A stretch of DNA of 64,000 nucleotides from Candidatus Onthovivens sp. (GTDB taxonomy: Bacteria > Bacillota_I > Bacilli_A > RFN20 > CAG-826), in contig DATESL010000004.1 of the NCBI GenBank assembly GCA_035270825.1, positions 54,712 to 118,711 of the forward strand, written 5' to 3'. The translations under genes and the position numbers were made by a program. Each line of letters starts with the position of its first letter. Position 1 is the first letter of the stretch. Below the pieces are notes generated by a model. That model was given only the letters and a program-made list of their open reading frames with translations. It had not been told where the DNA came from and ran no database searches. Of the stretch, positions 39,300-49,961 are shown piece after piece.

Positions 39300-40682
39300 C
39301 TAGTTCTTTCTAACAGGCGTATAAATAAACTTATTTTTTAATAACTCTTTACGATAATATCCTAAATAGACAAGTTTGTCCATTGAACTACGAGCAGTTT
39401 CATAGGCACACCCTAATTCTTTTTTGTATTGAGAAATAGTGTAACACATTCCTAAAGTACAATGTCTAGCATAGAAGAATGCTTCACCATTGCTTAAATT
39501 AGGATTCATTTCCTTTAAACGCATTTCCAGTCTTGTAGCTTCTTGTTCACTTAAACCTACTGGAATATCACCAATTGCAACTTGAGAGACATAATTTAGT
39601 TGTGTTTGTTGATTTTCAGGTTGAGGAACTCTGTTTAAATTAGTTGTAGGAGTATTATCATATGTTGGTTCAATTTCTTCATCAGTATCACTATCTTCTT
39701 TATAAACCTCGTGAGAAATAACTTCAGCTTTTGTACGAGCAATTTCATCTAAGAAATTTTCTGCATATACTTCTGATTTATCTAAGAAGTATTGAACTAA
39801 ATAAGTTAAATCTCTAGTTTTTTGTGTTTCGATAACGACATTTTCAAGTTCATCTCTATTATTTAAGATCTGTTCAAAATTAAATAAAGAGGCGACTGAT
39901 TCAACATCATTATTTGCTAAAATTAATTTCAATAACAAAATACCAACTTCTTCACAATAAGTTTCAAAAGGTTTGATGTAATAAAATGCGTAAAAGGCAC
40001 AGACTGCTTTTACAAATAAACTTGTATTCGAATTATGAATAAAATCAACAAGATTACTCATAGTTCCATCAATTGAACTAACAGGTATTCCTAAATAAAC
40101 TTTATTAATAAGGACTTTGTTGTAATTATTTTCAATTTCATTAGTTCTAAAAGTGCTTTGTTCACTGTCACCAGTTAACAACCCATTGAATTTTAAGAAA
40201 GTTTCTTCAGATACTTCACCTAAAAAGTTCTCTTCTATAAATTTCAAACAGCTATAATAGCGATTTAAAATCAAGGCATCAGGCGGTAAAACACTGACGT
40301 TTCCAGTAATAATGTTTTCAATTAAATTATCTTGAACATTAATATTATATATTTTAGCAATTTCTTCTAAAATGGATTTAAATGCTTTCTTTCTTAAAAC
40401 GTAATGAGAATTTGTGCTTTCAAGTTTTGAATATTTAGTCATTGATTTAATAAGTTTTCTTTCAAAACTATTAATTCTTCCAGCTAAATTAGGTGTTAAA
40501 CAAACAGAATATTCGAAGCCATTGAAGTGCTTCAAAGTTAATCTGTACATAAAACTTGATCTATATTCAAGAATTCCATTCCAAATATTATCAATCATTG
40601 GGATTTTAAGTGTGTCTTGAACTTCTTTTTTTGTGCAATATTTTTCATTGCAGAATCTAATAGCGATATCATTATTAGCCAT
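39300..40682 (-). CDS. Hypothetical 460-aa protein, possibly Fic/Doc-fold with a degenerate active-site motif and a C-terminal winged-helix-like domain.
   Basis: YYIKPFETYCEEVGILLLKLIL has the same spacing as the Fic core IHPFxDGNGRxGRLLxxLxL (PF-x9-LL), but the His, DGNGR and Arg are replaced. Confidence 0.35.
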   Translation of the reverse strand: MANNDIAIRFCNEKYCTKKEVQDTLKIPMIDNIWNGILEYRSSFMYRLTLKHFNGFEYSVCLTPNLAGRINSFERKLIKSMTKYSKLESTNSHYVLRKKAFKSILEEIAKIYNINVQDNLIENIITGNVSVLPPDALILNRYYSCLKFIEENFLGEVSEETFLKFNGLLTGDSEQSTFRTNEIENNYNKVLINKVYLGIPVSSIDGTMSNLVDFIHNSNTSLFVKAVCAFYAFYYIKPFETYCEEVGILLLKLILANNDVESVASLFNFEQILNNRDELENVVIETQKTRDLTYLVQYFLDKSEVYAENFLDEIARTKAEVISHEVYKEDSDTDEEIEPTYDNTPTTNLNRVPQPENQQTQLNYVSQVAIGDIPVGLSEQEATRLEMRLKEMNPNLSNGEAFFYARHCTLGMCYTISQYKKELGCAYETARSSMDKLVYLGYYRKELLKNKFIYTPVRKN

Positions 40683-40775
40683 ATTTTGTCTCCTACTATA
40701 TAAAAGAATTATAGTACATATTTAATCATTAATAAAGTTGTATTTACTAGTTTTATACTATTTTATTACTAGGCT

Positions 40776-42584
40776 CTAATCATCATCAATTGAAAGTAGC
40801 GACATAAAGGCTTCTTGAGGTAATTCAACACTTCCTACAAGCTTCATTCTCTTCTTACCCTCTTTTTGTTTATCTAATAATTTTCTCTTACGTGAAATAT
40901 CACCACCATAACACTTAGCTAAAACATCCTTACGAACCGCTTTAATATCGCATCGTGCAATAATTTTTCCATTAATAGCAGCTTGAACAGGAACTTCAAA
41001 TTGTTGCTTAGGAATAGTTGATTTTAGTTTCGAAACAAGCTTTAAACCACGTTCATAAGCATTTGGTTTATAAACAATTGAACTTAAAGCATCGATTACT
41101 TCACTATTTAATAAAATATCCATCTTTGATAATTTACCTTCTTTGTAACCAATTAACTCATAATCTAAGGATGCATATCCTTTAGTATATGACTTTAATT
41201 TATCAAAGAAGTTATAAATAATTTCACTTAAAGGAATTTCATAAACTACAACATTTCTAATATCATCAAAAATTTGTAAATCAATATAAATCCCTCTTTT
41301 GTCTTGGCATAATTGCATAATTGGACCAATATATTCCTTTGGTGCCATAATATGGGCTTTTACATATGGTTCTTCAATTGATTTAATCAAAGATTGTTCT
41401 GGTAAATGTGATGGGTTTTCTAAGTAAATCATTGTTCCATCATTTAAATAAACATGATAAACAACACTAGGTGCTGTTAAAATCAAATCAAGACCATATT
41501 CTCTTTCAAGTCTTTCTTGAATAACATCCATGTGTAATAGACCTAAAAAACCGCATCTAAAACCAAATCCAAGAGCTTGAGAGGTTTCTGAATCAAATCT
41601 TAGACTAGAATCATTAAGTGTAAGTTTTTCTAAAGCATCTCTTAAATCTGTATATTTTCTTGAATCGGTTGGATATATTCCACAATAAACCATTGGGACA
41701 ATTTCTCTATATCCTGGGAGAGCTTCTGTTGCTTTTTCATCAAAAAGGGTAATTGTGTCACCAACTCTAACATCTTTAATATCTCTAATTTGAGCACATA
41801 AATAACCCACTTGTCCTGCTTGTAAAGAATCAACTTTAATTTCACTAGGAGTTCTCAAACCAATTTCTGTTACTTCAAAATCAAGTCCTGCAGTCATCAA
41901 TAAGATATGATCACCAACTTTGACTTTTCCTTCTTTAACACAAATTACAACTACGACTCCACGGTAAGGATCATAATAACTATCAAATATTAAAGCCTTT
42001 AACGGAGCATCCGGATTTCCACTAGGAGCAGGAATATCTGTTATAATTCTTTCTAAAATCGAACCAATATTTTCACCAGTTTTAGCACTAACTAAAACCG
42101 CATTATCTCCATCAAGACCAATTCTATCTTTAATTTCTTGTTTTGAATACTCAATTTGGGCTGATTTTAGATCTATTTTATTAATAACTGGAATAATTTC
42201 TAGATTATTATCAATTGCTAAATAAACATTAGCTAAAGTTTGTGCTTCTACTCCTTGAGTAGCGTCCACTACTAAAATTGCCCCTTCACAGGCTGCTAAA
42301 GATCTTGAAACTTCATAGGTAAAGTCGACATGCCCAGGAGTATCAATTAAATTAAAAATATATTCTTCTCCATCTAAAGCAACATATTTAATGGTCACAA
42401 GGTTTAATTTAATCGTAATTCCGCGTTCGCGTTCTAAATCCATAGAGTCTAGAAACTGAGTTTTCATTTCTCTTTTTTCAATTGTTTTAGTTAATTCAAG
42501 TATTCTATCTGCTAATGTTGATTTTCCATGGTCAATATGAGCGATAATACTAAAATTTCTTATTTTACTTTGTTCAAATTTCAT
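40776..42584 (-). CDS. lepA: Elongation factor 4 (LepA).
   Basis: [33 protein letters not shown], and the C-terminal LepA-specific domain. Confidence 0.95.
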   Translation of the reverse strand: MKFEQSKIRNFSIIAHIDHGKSTLADRILELTKTIEKREMKTQFLDSMDLERERGITIKLNLVTIKYVALDGEEYIFNLIDTPGHVDFTYEVSRSLAACEGAILVVDATQGVEAQTLANVYLAIDNNLEIIPVINKIDLKSAQIEYSKQEIKDRIGLDGDNAVLVSAKTGENIGSILERIITDIPAPSGNPDAPLKALIFDSYYDPYRGVVVVICVKEGKVKVGDHILLMTAGLDFEVTEIGLRTPSEIKVDSLQAGQVGYLCAQIRDIKDVRVGDTITLFDEKATEALPGYREIVPMVYCGIYPTDSRKYTDLRDALEKLTLNDSSLRFDSETSQALGFGFRCGFLGLLHMDVIQERLEREYGLDLILTAPSVVYHVYLNDGTMIYLENPSHLPEQSLIKSIEEPYVKAHIMAPKEYIGPIMQLCQDKRGIYIDLQIFDDIRNVVVYEIPLSEIIYNFFDKLKSYTKGYASLDYELIGYKEGKLSKMDILLNSEVIDALSSIVYKPNAYERGLKLVSKLKSTIPKQQFEVPVQAAINGKIIARCDIKAVRKDVLAKCYGGDISRKRKLLDKQKEGKKRMKLVGSVELPQEAFMSLLSIDDD

Positions 42585-42597
42585 ACACATTAATATA

Positions 42598-44952
42598 TCA
42601 TTTTTTATGATATTGATAAAATGTTTTTAATTGTTTTTCGATATCTTCTGCTGATTCAACAAGTTTGTAACTGTCATGATCATTATTTAACAAGTTTAAG
42701 TAATTAGTTTCACCATAACGAGTATCGATTAAAAGCGCAGCACCAATATCATTTTCACTTCTAATAACTCGACCAATTGCTTGAAGTACTTTGCTCATTC
42801 CTGGATATAAAAAAGAATAATTAAAGCCATTTAAGCCCTTTTCATCGAAATAATTTTGAGACATTAAGTTCTCTTGATTGTATGAGGGCATTCCAACTCC
42901 GATCACCACTACTCCGATTAAGCGATCGTCTTCTAAATCAATTCCTTCACTAAACATTCCCCCTAACACACAAAATGCAACAGTCGTCTTTTTTGGATTA
43001 AGAGATAAGTTATTTAAAAAATCATCTTTTTCTTCGTTTTTCATCCCAATTCGTTGGAATATAGCTTTCACTTTTTTAAGTTCAAATTGATTCTTAAATT
43101 TATTTAAATAAGCATAAGATGGACAAAAAATCATATAATTGCCTACTTTCCCACTTATGAAAGCTTTAACTTGATTCTGAACTTCTTCAAATGTTTCGTT
43201 TCTCTTTGAGTATTTAAGTGAAACACGTCTATTAACTAATACTAGGAAATTATCTTTTTTAAAATTAGACTGGATTTTCACAAATCCATATTTATCGTTA
43301 TTAATTAATGTCTCCTTGTAGTATTTTTTTGGTTGTAAAGTTCCACTAAATAAAATACCACCTCTCATTTTAGAAGAAATGTGATTTAAAAAATCAGATG
43401 CATCTAAACAACGATTAACAATTTTAAAATCTCCTTGTTCAATCGATAAATAATAACGATAACGTTCATCAAAAAACTCCAATATTTTAACAAAATTATA
43501 TGATTGTCGTGAAAAATCAGTAACATTTTCTGTAATAAACTCAGTATTCTCATCTTTAAAAATTAAAAGTTTTTCATTAAATGACGCCAGTAAAACATTT
43601 AAATTTTCATCTGGTTCATCCATCAAAAGAAATGACTGATCCTCAAGTAAGTTTTGTTTTAATTCCTTAAAACGATTGTCAATTTTATTAATAATCGATG
43701 AAATACTTCTTTTTTTAGCTTTTTTAAGGTCTTTAGCACATTTTTTAAATATATTATAAGATAGTATCGAAGAATACATGTCCCTAGAACGATCAACTAA
43801 ATTATGAGCTTCATCAACAAGAAGGAAAGTTTTAGACAGACGATTCTCTTCTTCAATAAAACGTTGTAAATATGAGATTGGATGATAAATATAATTATAA
43901 TCACAAATTATGTACTGACTGTAGTTAGTAAAATCTAATCCTAATTCAAAGGGACACATTGTGTTGTCAAGAGCAATCTTGATGATCCTTTTTCTATCAA
44001 AAATATCGTATTTTTCAATGTTTTCACTAAGAACCTTGTTCAGTTTTGTATAATAATTTACAGCATATTTGCAATCTTTTGGATTACACTTACCTTTCAT
44101 ATCTTCATTGATACATGCTTTGTCTTTAGATGTTATTTGAGTTGTGATTAAATGCGCACCTTGCCTTCCAAATGCATCAATTGTTTTAATTGTATTAATA
44201 AAACCTGTGTTTTTTGCACTTAAATAGAAGATTTGATCAATGAAGTTCTCTTCTATTCCCTTGATTGTTGCATAAATTGCTGAAGCTGTTTTTCCTATTC
44301 CTGTGCTAGCCTCTATATAATAAAAAGTATTGTTTTTAATCGCATCATAGGTATAACTTATAAATTTTTCTTGTCCGAATCTAAGTTCCTTAAACGGAAA
44401 TTTAACATTTTTTAAATTTTCTTTATTAAACTTTGTTTTATTATCCAAAATTGAATAGAAATCATGATAACGATCTAAATAATCGAAAATCTTAACTTCA
44501 ATTTGATTTTTAGTATAATTATAGTACTTTTTTAGTATAGTCTTATCTATCTGAGAGATATAGGTTAAGCAAATTTTTATTCCACTTAACTTATTCCTTA
44601 GCAAATACATGTATGCATAAAACTCAGCCTGTCCCAAATGCCATTCAAAATTAGTTTCATGAAAATAGTTTAAATCACTATTGGTTGTTTTGATTTCATC
44701 AATAATAAAATCATCGTTTTCTGTATATATACCATCAGCTCTGCCTGATATTTTAAAAATTATATCTTTAAAAACTATCTCTTGTTGAAGTAAGACCTCA
44801 GGTTCATAGTCTTCTCCTTGCCTATCTTGATAATATTTATGAAGTCTTGTTCCTTCAAGCATTGTAGTCTCATTAAAATAACGATTATCAATATCGCCTT
44901 TTCTAAGAATGAAATCGATTATTTCATGAACGCCTATTTCTAATACTTTCAT
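42598..44952 (-). CDS. Fusion of an N-terminal RecB/Cas4-type PD-(D/E)xK nuclease domain with an XPD/DinG(Rad3)-family SF2 helicase carrying an FeS-cluster insertion.
   Basis: N-terminal GRADGIY (motif II), IIDEIKTT (motif III, ExK), QAEFYAYMY (QxxxY). Helicase: [12 protein letters not shown] (Walker A), then C-x8-C-x4-C...NTMCPF (4-Cys XPD-type FeS), LLVDEAHNL (DEAH), C-terminal motifs V/VI (QAIGRVIR). Confidence 0.7.
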   Translation of the reverse strand: MKVLEIGVHEIIDFILRKGDIDNRYFNETTMLEGTRLHKYYQDRQGEDYEPEVLLQQEIVFKDIIFKISGRADGIYTENDDFIIDEIKTTNSDLNYFHETNFEWHLGQAEFYAYMYLLRNKLSGIKICLTYISQIDKTILKKYYNYTKNQIEVKIFDYLDRYHDFYSILDNKTKFNKENLKNVKFPFKELRFGQEKFISYTYDAIKNNTFYYIEASTGIGKTASAIYATIKGIEENFIDQIFYLSAKNTGFINTIKTIDAFGRQGAHLITTQITSKDKACINEDMKGKCNPKDCKYAVNYYTKLNKVLSENIEKYDIFDRKRIIKIALDNTMCPFELGLDFTNYSQYIICDYNYIYHPISYLQRFIEEENRLSKTFLLVDEAHNLVDRSRDMYSSILSYNIFKKCAKDLKKAKKRSISSIINKIDNRFKELKQNLLEDQSFLLMDEPDENLNVLLASFNEKLLIFKDENTEFITENVTDFSRQSYNFVKILEFFDERYRYYLSIEQGDFKIVNRCLDASDFLNHISSKMRGGILFSGTLQPKKYYKETLINNDKYGFVKIQSNFKKDNFLVLVNRRVSLKYSKRNETFEEVQNQVKAFISGKVGNYMIFCPSYAYLNKFKNQFELKKVKAIFQRIGMKNEEKDDFLNNLSLNPKKTTVAFCVLGGMFSEGIDLEDDRLIGVVVIGVGMPSYNQENLMSQNYFDEKGLNGFNYSFLYPGMSKVLQAIGRVIRSENDIGAALLIDTRYGETNYLNLLNNDHDSYKLVESAEDIEKQLKTFYQYHKK

Positions 44953-45894
44953 TTAATTAATAGCTGTTTTTACAACAAAAAGATCTCTATTACCATTATA
45001 AAAATCTTTATAATTCATAATACGTTTGCCAGGTTTTTGAATAATCTTAATTTTGATTGCGTTTTTAGCACAAGCAATAATAAAATCATTTTTATTATAT
45101 TCAACAATACTGCCACTTTTATAACCAGATACCTCGACAATATCAACATCAAACAATTTATATTTTTCATTTTGATAAACAAAATAGGCTCCAGGTGTCA
45201 TTGCTAAGGCTCGAATCTTATTTCTGACCTCTTCAGCAGAAATATCAAAATTAATTACTTCATCTTCCAACATAATTTTTTTAGTAAAAGTTACCAATTC
45301 TTCATTTTGTTCTTCGCCGATAAGTTTACCATTAACATAGTTTTCAAGTTGCTCGATTACTATTTTAGCAGCTGCTTTAGCCATTTTTATTGTCAAAGTA
45401 TCATAATTATCGTTATTATCAATATCAACTACTTCTTTATAATACATTCTCCCAGCATCCATTTTTTTAACCATTTCCATTAATGTGATCCCTGTAACTG
45501 CATCTCCATTTAATAAAGAATACTGCATAGGAGCAGCGCCTCTATAGGCTGGTAATAGAGAACCATGCAAATTTAACGAACCATATTTAGGAATATTTAA
45601 AAAGTCTTCCGGAACAATTTGTCCATAAGCCAAGCAAAGAATAAGATCTGGATCTAAATCCTTTGTTTCTTCAATGATGTCTCTAACTTTTTCAGGTTGA
45701 AGAATTTTAATTCCGTGTTCTTGTGCAACAACTTTAACAGGTGATGCCACTAATTTATTATTTCTTCCTTGAACCTTATCAATTTGTGTTACCACTCCAA
45801 CAATATTAAAATTATCCTCAATCATCTTTTTGAGGACAAAAGCACTAATTTCTGGTGTTCCCAGATATAAAATTTTAACTTCTCTAATGTTCAC
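44953..45894 (-). CDS. fmt: Methionyl-tRNA formyltransferase.
   Basis: ILYLGTPE..., SLNLHGSLLPAYRGAAPMQYSLLNGD (formyltransferase active site). 313 aa. Confidence 0.9.
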   Translation of the reverse strand: MNIREVKILYLGTPEISAFVLKKMIEDNFNIVGVVTQIDKVQGRNNKLVASPVKVVAQEHGIKILQPEKVRDIIEETKDLDPDLILCLAYGQIVPEDFLNIPKYGSLNLHGSLLPAYRGAAPMQYSLLNGDAVTGITLMEMVKKMDAGRMYYKEVVDIDNNDNYDTLTIKMAKAAAKIVIEQLENYVNGKLIGEEQNEELVTFTKKIMLEDEVINFDISAEEVRNKIRALAMTPGAYFVYQNEKYKLFDVDIVEVSGYKSGSIVEYNKNDFIIACAKNAIKIKIIQKPGKRIMNYKDFYNGNRDLFVVKTAIN

Positions 45895-45937
45895 GAAAAA
45901 ATTATACCTTTTTTTGTATTAAAATGCGATAAAAACA

Positions 45938-45966
45938 TTGCTTTTAATTTTGTTTTTTGGTAATAT
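45938..45966 (+). promoter_or_regulatory. Sigma-A type promoter for rpsT: TTGCTT-N17-TAATAT.
   Basis: Near-consensus -35 and -10 hexamers with 17-nt spacing, ~27 nt upstream of the rpsT RBS aagagg. Confidence 0.5.
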
Positions 45967-45992
45967 CTTTTAAGTTAAGAGGATTAGATATT

Positions 45993-46259
45993 ATGGCAAA
46001 CATTAAACAACAAAAGAAAAGAAACAAGACTAACGAAAAAGCAAGAATTAGAAATATTTCTTACAAATCAAAATTAAGAACTGCAACAAAAGCAGTTAAA
46101 GTTGCTTGCGATCAAAAAGATGCAGTTAAAGCAAACGCAGCATTACTTAAAGCTATTTCTATTATTGATAGAGCTATCGGTAAAGGTATTTTACATACAA
46201 AAACCGCTGCTAGACAAAAAAGTCATTTACAAACATTAGTCAACGAAATCGTTGCATAG
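45993..46259 (+). CDS. rpsT: 30S ribosomal protein S20 (the start is MANIKQ; the track ORF begins 12 codons upstream).
   Basis: MANIKQQKKRNKTNEKARIRNISYKSKLRTATKAV is typical of S20. RBS aagagg. Confidence 0.9.
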   Translation: MANIKQQKKRNKTNEKARIRNISYKSKLRTATKAVKVACDQKDAVKANAALLKAISIIDRAIGKGILHTKTAARQKSHLQTLVNEIVA

Positions 46260-46281
46260 TAAAGTTAAATTTTTCTATTTA

Positions 46282-46308
46282 AAAAGGACCTCGGTCCTTT
46301 TTTTATTT
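46282..46308. terminator. Bidirectional rho-independent terminator (ggacc-tcg-ggtcc flanked by A5 and T7) between rpsT (+) and holA (-).
   Basis: aaaaaggacctcggtccttttttt. Confidence 0.65.
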
Positions 46309-47290
46309 AGAAATTTAAAATAAATAACTCAAATGCATAAAACCTATCTAATTCACTATGTTTAATTCTGCGATCAAGCTCATAAAGTTTATTTAGAGTT
46401 CCTTGAACTTTTTCTTTAGTTAGATTTTTTATAATCTCTCTATTAACATAGATTTTTCCTTCACTACAAGCTAATTCTTTAGCTAAATCAGCATTTGTTA
46501 ATCTTTTTTGGACTAAAAACATTAGTTGATCAAAAAATAAAAAGTTATTAGCCAAAAGGCTAATTAAAGTAATTGGCTCAATATTGTGACTTTTAAGTTC
46601 TCTAAAAACCATTAAAGCTTTATCAATATCATTATTAATTAAATGACCAGCTAGTCTAAAAACATCATCATCGATAGGGATATTAAAGATTTCTATTACA
46701 TCTTCTTCTTTAATACTTTTATCATCCTTATATAGAATGAGTTTAGAGGCCTCATTAACGAAAGTGTTTAAGTTCCCTAATGAACGTTCAACTATCAATT
46801 TAACTGCTGAATCTTCGATGCTATACTCTCTTAAAGAAAAATATTTCCTAACGAATTCAGGCCATTCATATTTTTTTAAATCCTTAAATTCCAATAACTT
46901 AAAATACTTAGAACTCTCAAGAGTTTTTAAAACCTTGTTTGCTCTATTGATTTTATCACTATGTAGAAGAAAAAGAATTTCAACTTCATTATCATAATTT
47001 TCAATTAAAGTTATTAACTTACTATAATCAAGCCCCTTTTTAGGCGCTTTAAGATTTCGATCAGCACTTAAAAAATTAGCATTATCAAAAATAATCATTT
47101 TCTTTTCAAAAAAAGATAATCCTAGTTGCCCATTTTCTGAAATTAGAGTTTCAATGCAATTATCATCCAATCCATCTATTTTAATAATATTTTTTTCGTT
47201 TTCCCCTGCATCCCCAAAAAAAGCTTCTTTTAACTTTTTAATTCTTTTGTTAATCATCATATCTTGATTGCCATATAGTATATAAATCAT
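46307..47290 (-). CDS. holA: DNA polymerase III delta subunit.
   Basis: ~327 aa AAA+-like delta fold. Conserved position next to comEC as in B. subtilis (holA-comEC). Confidence 0.7.
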   Translation of the reverse strand: MIYILYGNQDMMINKRIKKLKEAFFGDAGENEKNIIKIDGLDDNCIETLISENGQLGLSFFEKKMIIFDNANFLSADRNLKAPKKGLDYSKLITLIENYDNEVEILFLLHSDKINRANKVLKTLESSKYFKLLEFKDLKKYEWPEFVRKYFSLREYSIEDSAVKLIVERSLGNLNTFVNEASKLILYKDDKSIKEEDVIEIFNIPIDDDVFRLAGHLINNDIDKALMVFRELKSHNIEPITLISLLANNFLFFDQLMFLVQKRLTNADLAKELACSEGKIYVNREIIKNLTKEKVQGTLNKLYELDRRIKHSELDRFYAFELFILNF

Positions 47291-47307
47291 GATTTTATTC
47301 TACACTA

Positions 47308-49335
47308 TTAGAGGACAAAATTAAAAGTAATTGTTCCTTCCAAATCAGTTCTTCGGATTTTAATATGATATTTATTTAACACATCGATTGTAGCTTGATG
47401 AGGATGCTTATAAATATTGTTTTCCCCACAAGAAATTATGGCATATTGAGGGCTGAGCATGTTGATAAACTCATCTGATGATGAGGTATTACTTCCATGA
47501 TGGCCAACTTTTAAATAATCACATGTTAAATTTGGATATTCCTTAATTATCATCTCTTCAACACTTTTAGAAGCATCTCCCATAAATAAAAAACTAAAAT
47601 TCTTAATTTTATTATAGAGGACGAGTGATTTATCATTTTCATCTTCCCAGTAATTTTTGGAAGTATTTAAATTAATAAATTCCATCTCTTTATCTTTATA
47701 ATTGATAAAATTATCATAATTATAAATATTATTAATTTTGAAATCCCTTTGTAGACTTTCTACTGCTCCAGTATGATCATAGTCATCATGAGTTAAAAAC
47801 AAATTATCGATTTTATAAATTCTATTTTTCCTTAAAAATGGTATTAAAGAGTTTTTTGCAACATCGGTATACTTTAAACCTCCTGTATCAATTAATGAAA
47901 CATGGTTTCGATATCTAATTAATGTTGAATCTCCTTGGCCAACATTAATATAGGAAACTTGATAGGTAAAGGAATTCTTTAGTGGTATACAGTATAAAAC
48001 AAAACAAGTAATTCCACTAAAAAGGCATATTTTATATACTTTCTTAAAATTAATTTCAAGAAAATAAAAGCTAGTAAAGAAAATAAGAAAGTAGAAAAAT
48101 ATGCCTATTTGATCAAAAGGCGGAAGATTAATATTTAGAATTTCATATCTAGAATTAAATAAAAATTTGAAGAAAAAAACTAAAGATTGTTCAAAAAATG
48201 GAATTTTAAAATTAAAAAAGCTTAATTGTAAAATAACAAAGATAACTTTGAAAATTGGTAAGAAGATAAAGCCGAGAATTGAATTAATAAAATTAAGAGA
48301 ATGATTAATCGTTAAAGTAAATGGTAAAACTAGAAGGAAAATAATAGTTTTAATAATGATTTGCTTCGTAAATTTTCTCTTTTTTGCCAATAATAAATAA
48401 GAAAAATACATTACAGTTTGAATTAGAAATGATAAATAAAAACCAGCATTATTGATTACAAATGGATCAATTATTAAAAATAATATTCCTATAAGTGATA
48501 TCTGCTCTATTTTTGAATATTTATTTTTTAAATGAAATTTATTAAAATATCGAAAAATAAAGAAGATAAGCACTCTAATAATCGTAAAATCTAAAATATT
48601 ATATAGCAGAAATGGAGCAAACAATATTAAAGCGATTAGATTTGCTTTTTTTTCACTAAATCTAAGTTTTAACAATTTAATAAGAAAATAGATAAAGAAA
48701 CTAATAAAAATTCCAGTTTGAGAAAAAATATGCAACATATGCATAGATTTTGCTTTCATTAGTATCTCAGAATCATATATTGTTGTATTAAAAAGCATCG
48801 ATGAAACGATACTTTTAACGTTTTCATCATCAAAATTATTTAGAATAGTTTCTTTATATGCGTTAAATTGAATCGGAAAATCAAATTTATTTATAATTGT
48901 TTTATTAATAAATTCTTTAGTAATATTTTTTCCTCGAAGATACTCCTCAAAATTAAATGCACTTTCAAGTGAAGAAAAATTTATCTTCTTTACATGACCT
49001 TCGGTATAAATAATATCAAATTGATCAATATCGGTTTTATCAGTTTTAACATAGAACTTTTCAACTCCATCAAATCCAATAAAATATTTATCCTTTTTTT
49101 CGATAACAATCATATTATAAGCTGATTTATTAGGAATATTAAAATCAATATTTATGCGTAAAGCGCAAATCGTTGCAATAATAAAAGTAAAAATTATCAG
49201 TTTTTTGTTCTTTTTTTCCCTTTTAAAGATTAAAAGAGCGCCAATTATGAAAAATATTAATCCAAGTAAAAAAGTTTTAACGTCAAAAAGTAAAAGCGAA
49301 GCAATAAAAATTAAAAATATCGCGAAGAATTTCAT
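47308..49335 (-). CDS. comEC: DNA internalization competence protein ComEC/Rec2 (polytopic membrane domain plus C-terminal metallo-beta-lactamase domain).
   Basis: Many TM helices. C-terminal HDDYDHTGA and HHGS MBL motifs. Follows comEA. Confidence 0.8.
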   Translation of the reverse strand: MKFFAIFLIFIASLLLFDVKTFLLGLIFFIIGALLIFKREKKNKKLIIFTFIIATICALRINIDFNIPNKSAYNMIVIEKKDKYFIGFDGVEKFYVKTDKTDIDQFDIIYTEGHVKKINFSSLESAFNFEEYLRGKNITKEFINKTIINKFDFPIQFNAYKETILNNFDDENVKSIVSSMLFNTTIYDSEILMKAKSMHMLHIFSQTGIFISFFIYFLIKLLKLRFSEKKANLIALILFAPFLLYNILDFTIIRVLIFFIFRYFNKFHLKNKYSKIEQISLIGILFLIIDPFVINNAGFYLSFLIQTVMYFSYLLLAKKRKFTKQIIIKTIIFLLVLPFTLTINHSLNFINSILGFIFLPIFKVIFVILQLSFFNFKIPFFEQSLVFFFKFLFNSRYEILNINLPPFDQIGIFFYFLIFFTSFYFLEINFKKVYKICLFSGITCFVLYCIPLKNSFTYQVSYINVGQGDSTLIRYRNHVSLIDTGGLKYTDVAKNSLIPFLRKNRIYKIDNLFLTHDDYDHTGAVESLQRDFKINNIYNYDNFINYKDKEMEFINLNTSKNYWEDENDKSLVLYNKIKNFSFLFMGDASKSVEEMIIKEYPNLTCDYLKVGHHGSNTSSSDEFINMLSPQYAIISCGENNIYKHPHQATIDVLNKYHIKIRRTDLEGTITFNFVL

Positions 49336-49871
49336 TCAGCAGAATGCAAGATTATTTTGTTTTTGATTTCTGAAAATTTCGCATTACCGATACCACTAAC
49401 ATTTGTAATATGTTCTAAAGCGTAAAATAAACCATGTTCTTTACGATAATCAATAATACTTGAAGCAAGAATTTCACCAATACCAGGTATTTTCATTAGT
49501 TCTGTCTGATTAGCAGAATTAATATTAGTTTTAACAATTGGATTATTACCACAAACATCGCTAATATCGTATTTAGGGGCGATATAGTAGCTCTCTCCCT
49601 TCTTAATTTCGGTATCAATAAAATAGCACCTCTCATCAGCATTGCTCGTCACACCACCAGCTGCTTCAATTAAATTACCAATATTTGAATTAGCATCAAT
49701 AACATAATTTCCAGCCTTAACTACCTCTCCTGTGACCCCAATACTGATTCTATTTGGATCATCCTTCAGAGTTGTGTCGTTTCCATTATTAAGATTAGGG
49801 TCAACAAACTGAAAAGCAACTAAACCAATGATCGTACAAATAACAACCGCAATAACAATTTTAAAAAGCAT
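49332..49871 (-). CDS. comEA: Competence protein ComEA (membrane-anchored helix-hairpin-helix DNA-binding protein).
   Basis: N-terminal TM anchor. C-terminal tandem HhH (NINSANQTELMKIPGIGEILASSIIDYRKEHG). Confidence 0.8.
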   Translation of the reverse strand: MLFKIVIAVVICTIIGLVAFQFVDPNLNNGNDTTLKDDPNRISIGVTGEVVKAGNYVIDANSNIGNLIEAAGGVTSNADERCYFIDTEIKKGESYYIAPKYDISDVCGNNPIVKTNINSANQTELMKIPGIGEILASSIIDYRKEHGLFYALEHITNVSGIGNAKFSEIKNKIILHSAE

Positions 49872-49925
49872 AAAAAATTCCTCCTTACAATCAAGATTGC
49901 TAGTTTGGAGGATTTTTTAGTATAA

Positions 49926-49956
49926 AAAAAGCAAAAATATTTTTTTGCTTTTTGTT
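49926..49956 (-). terminator. Rho-independent terminator downstream of greA (aaagcaaaaa-tat-ttttttgcttt).
   Basis: Hairpin with flanking A/T runs just past the greA stop. Confidence 0.5.
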
Positions 49957-49961
49957 TTTAA

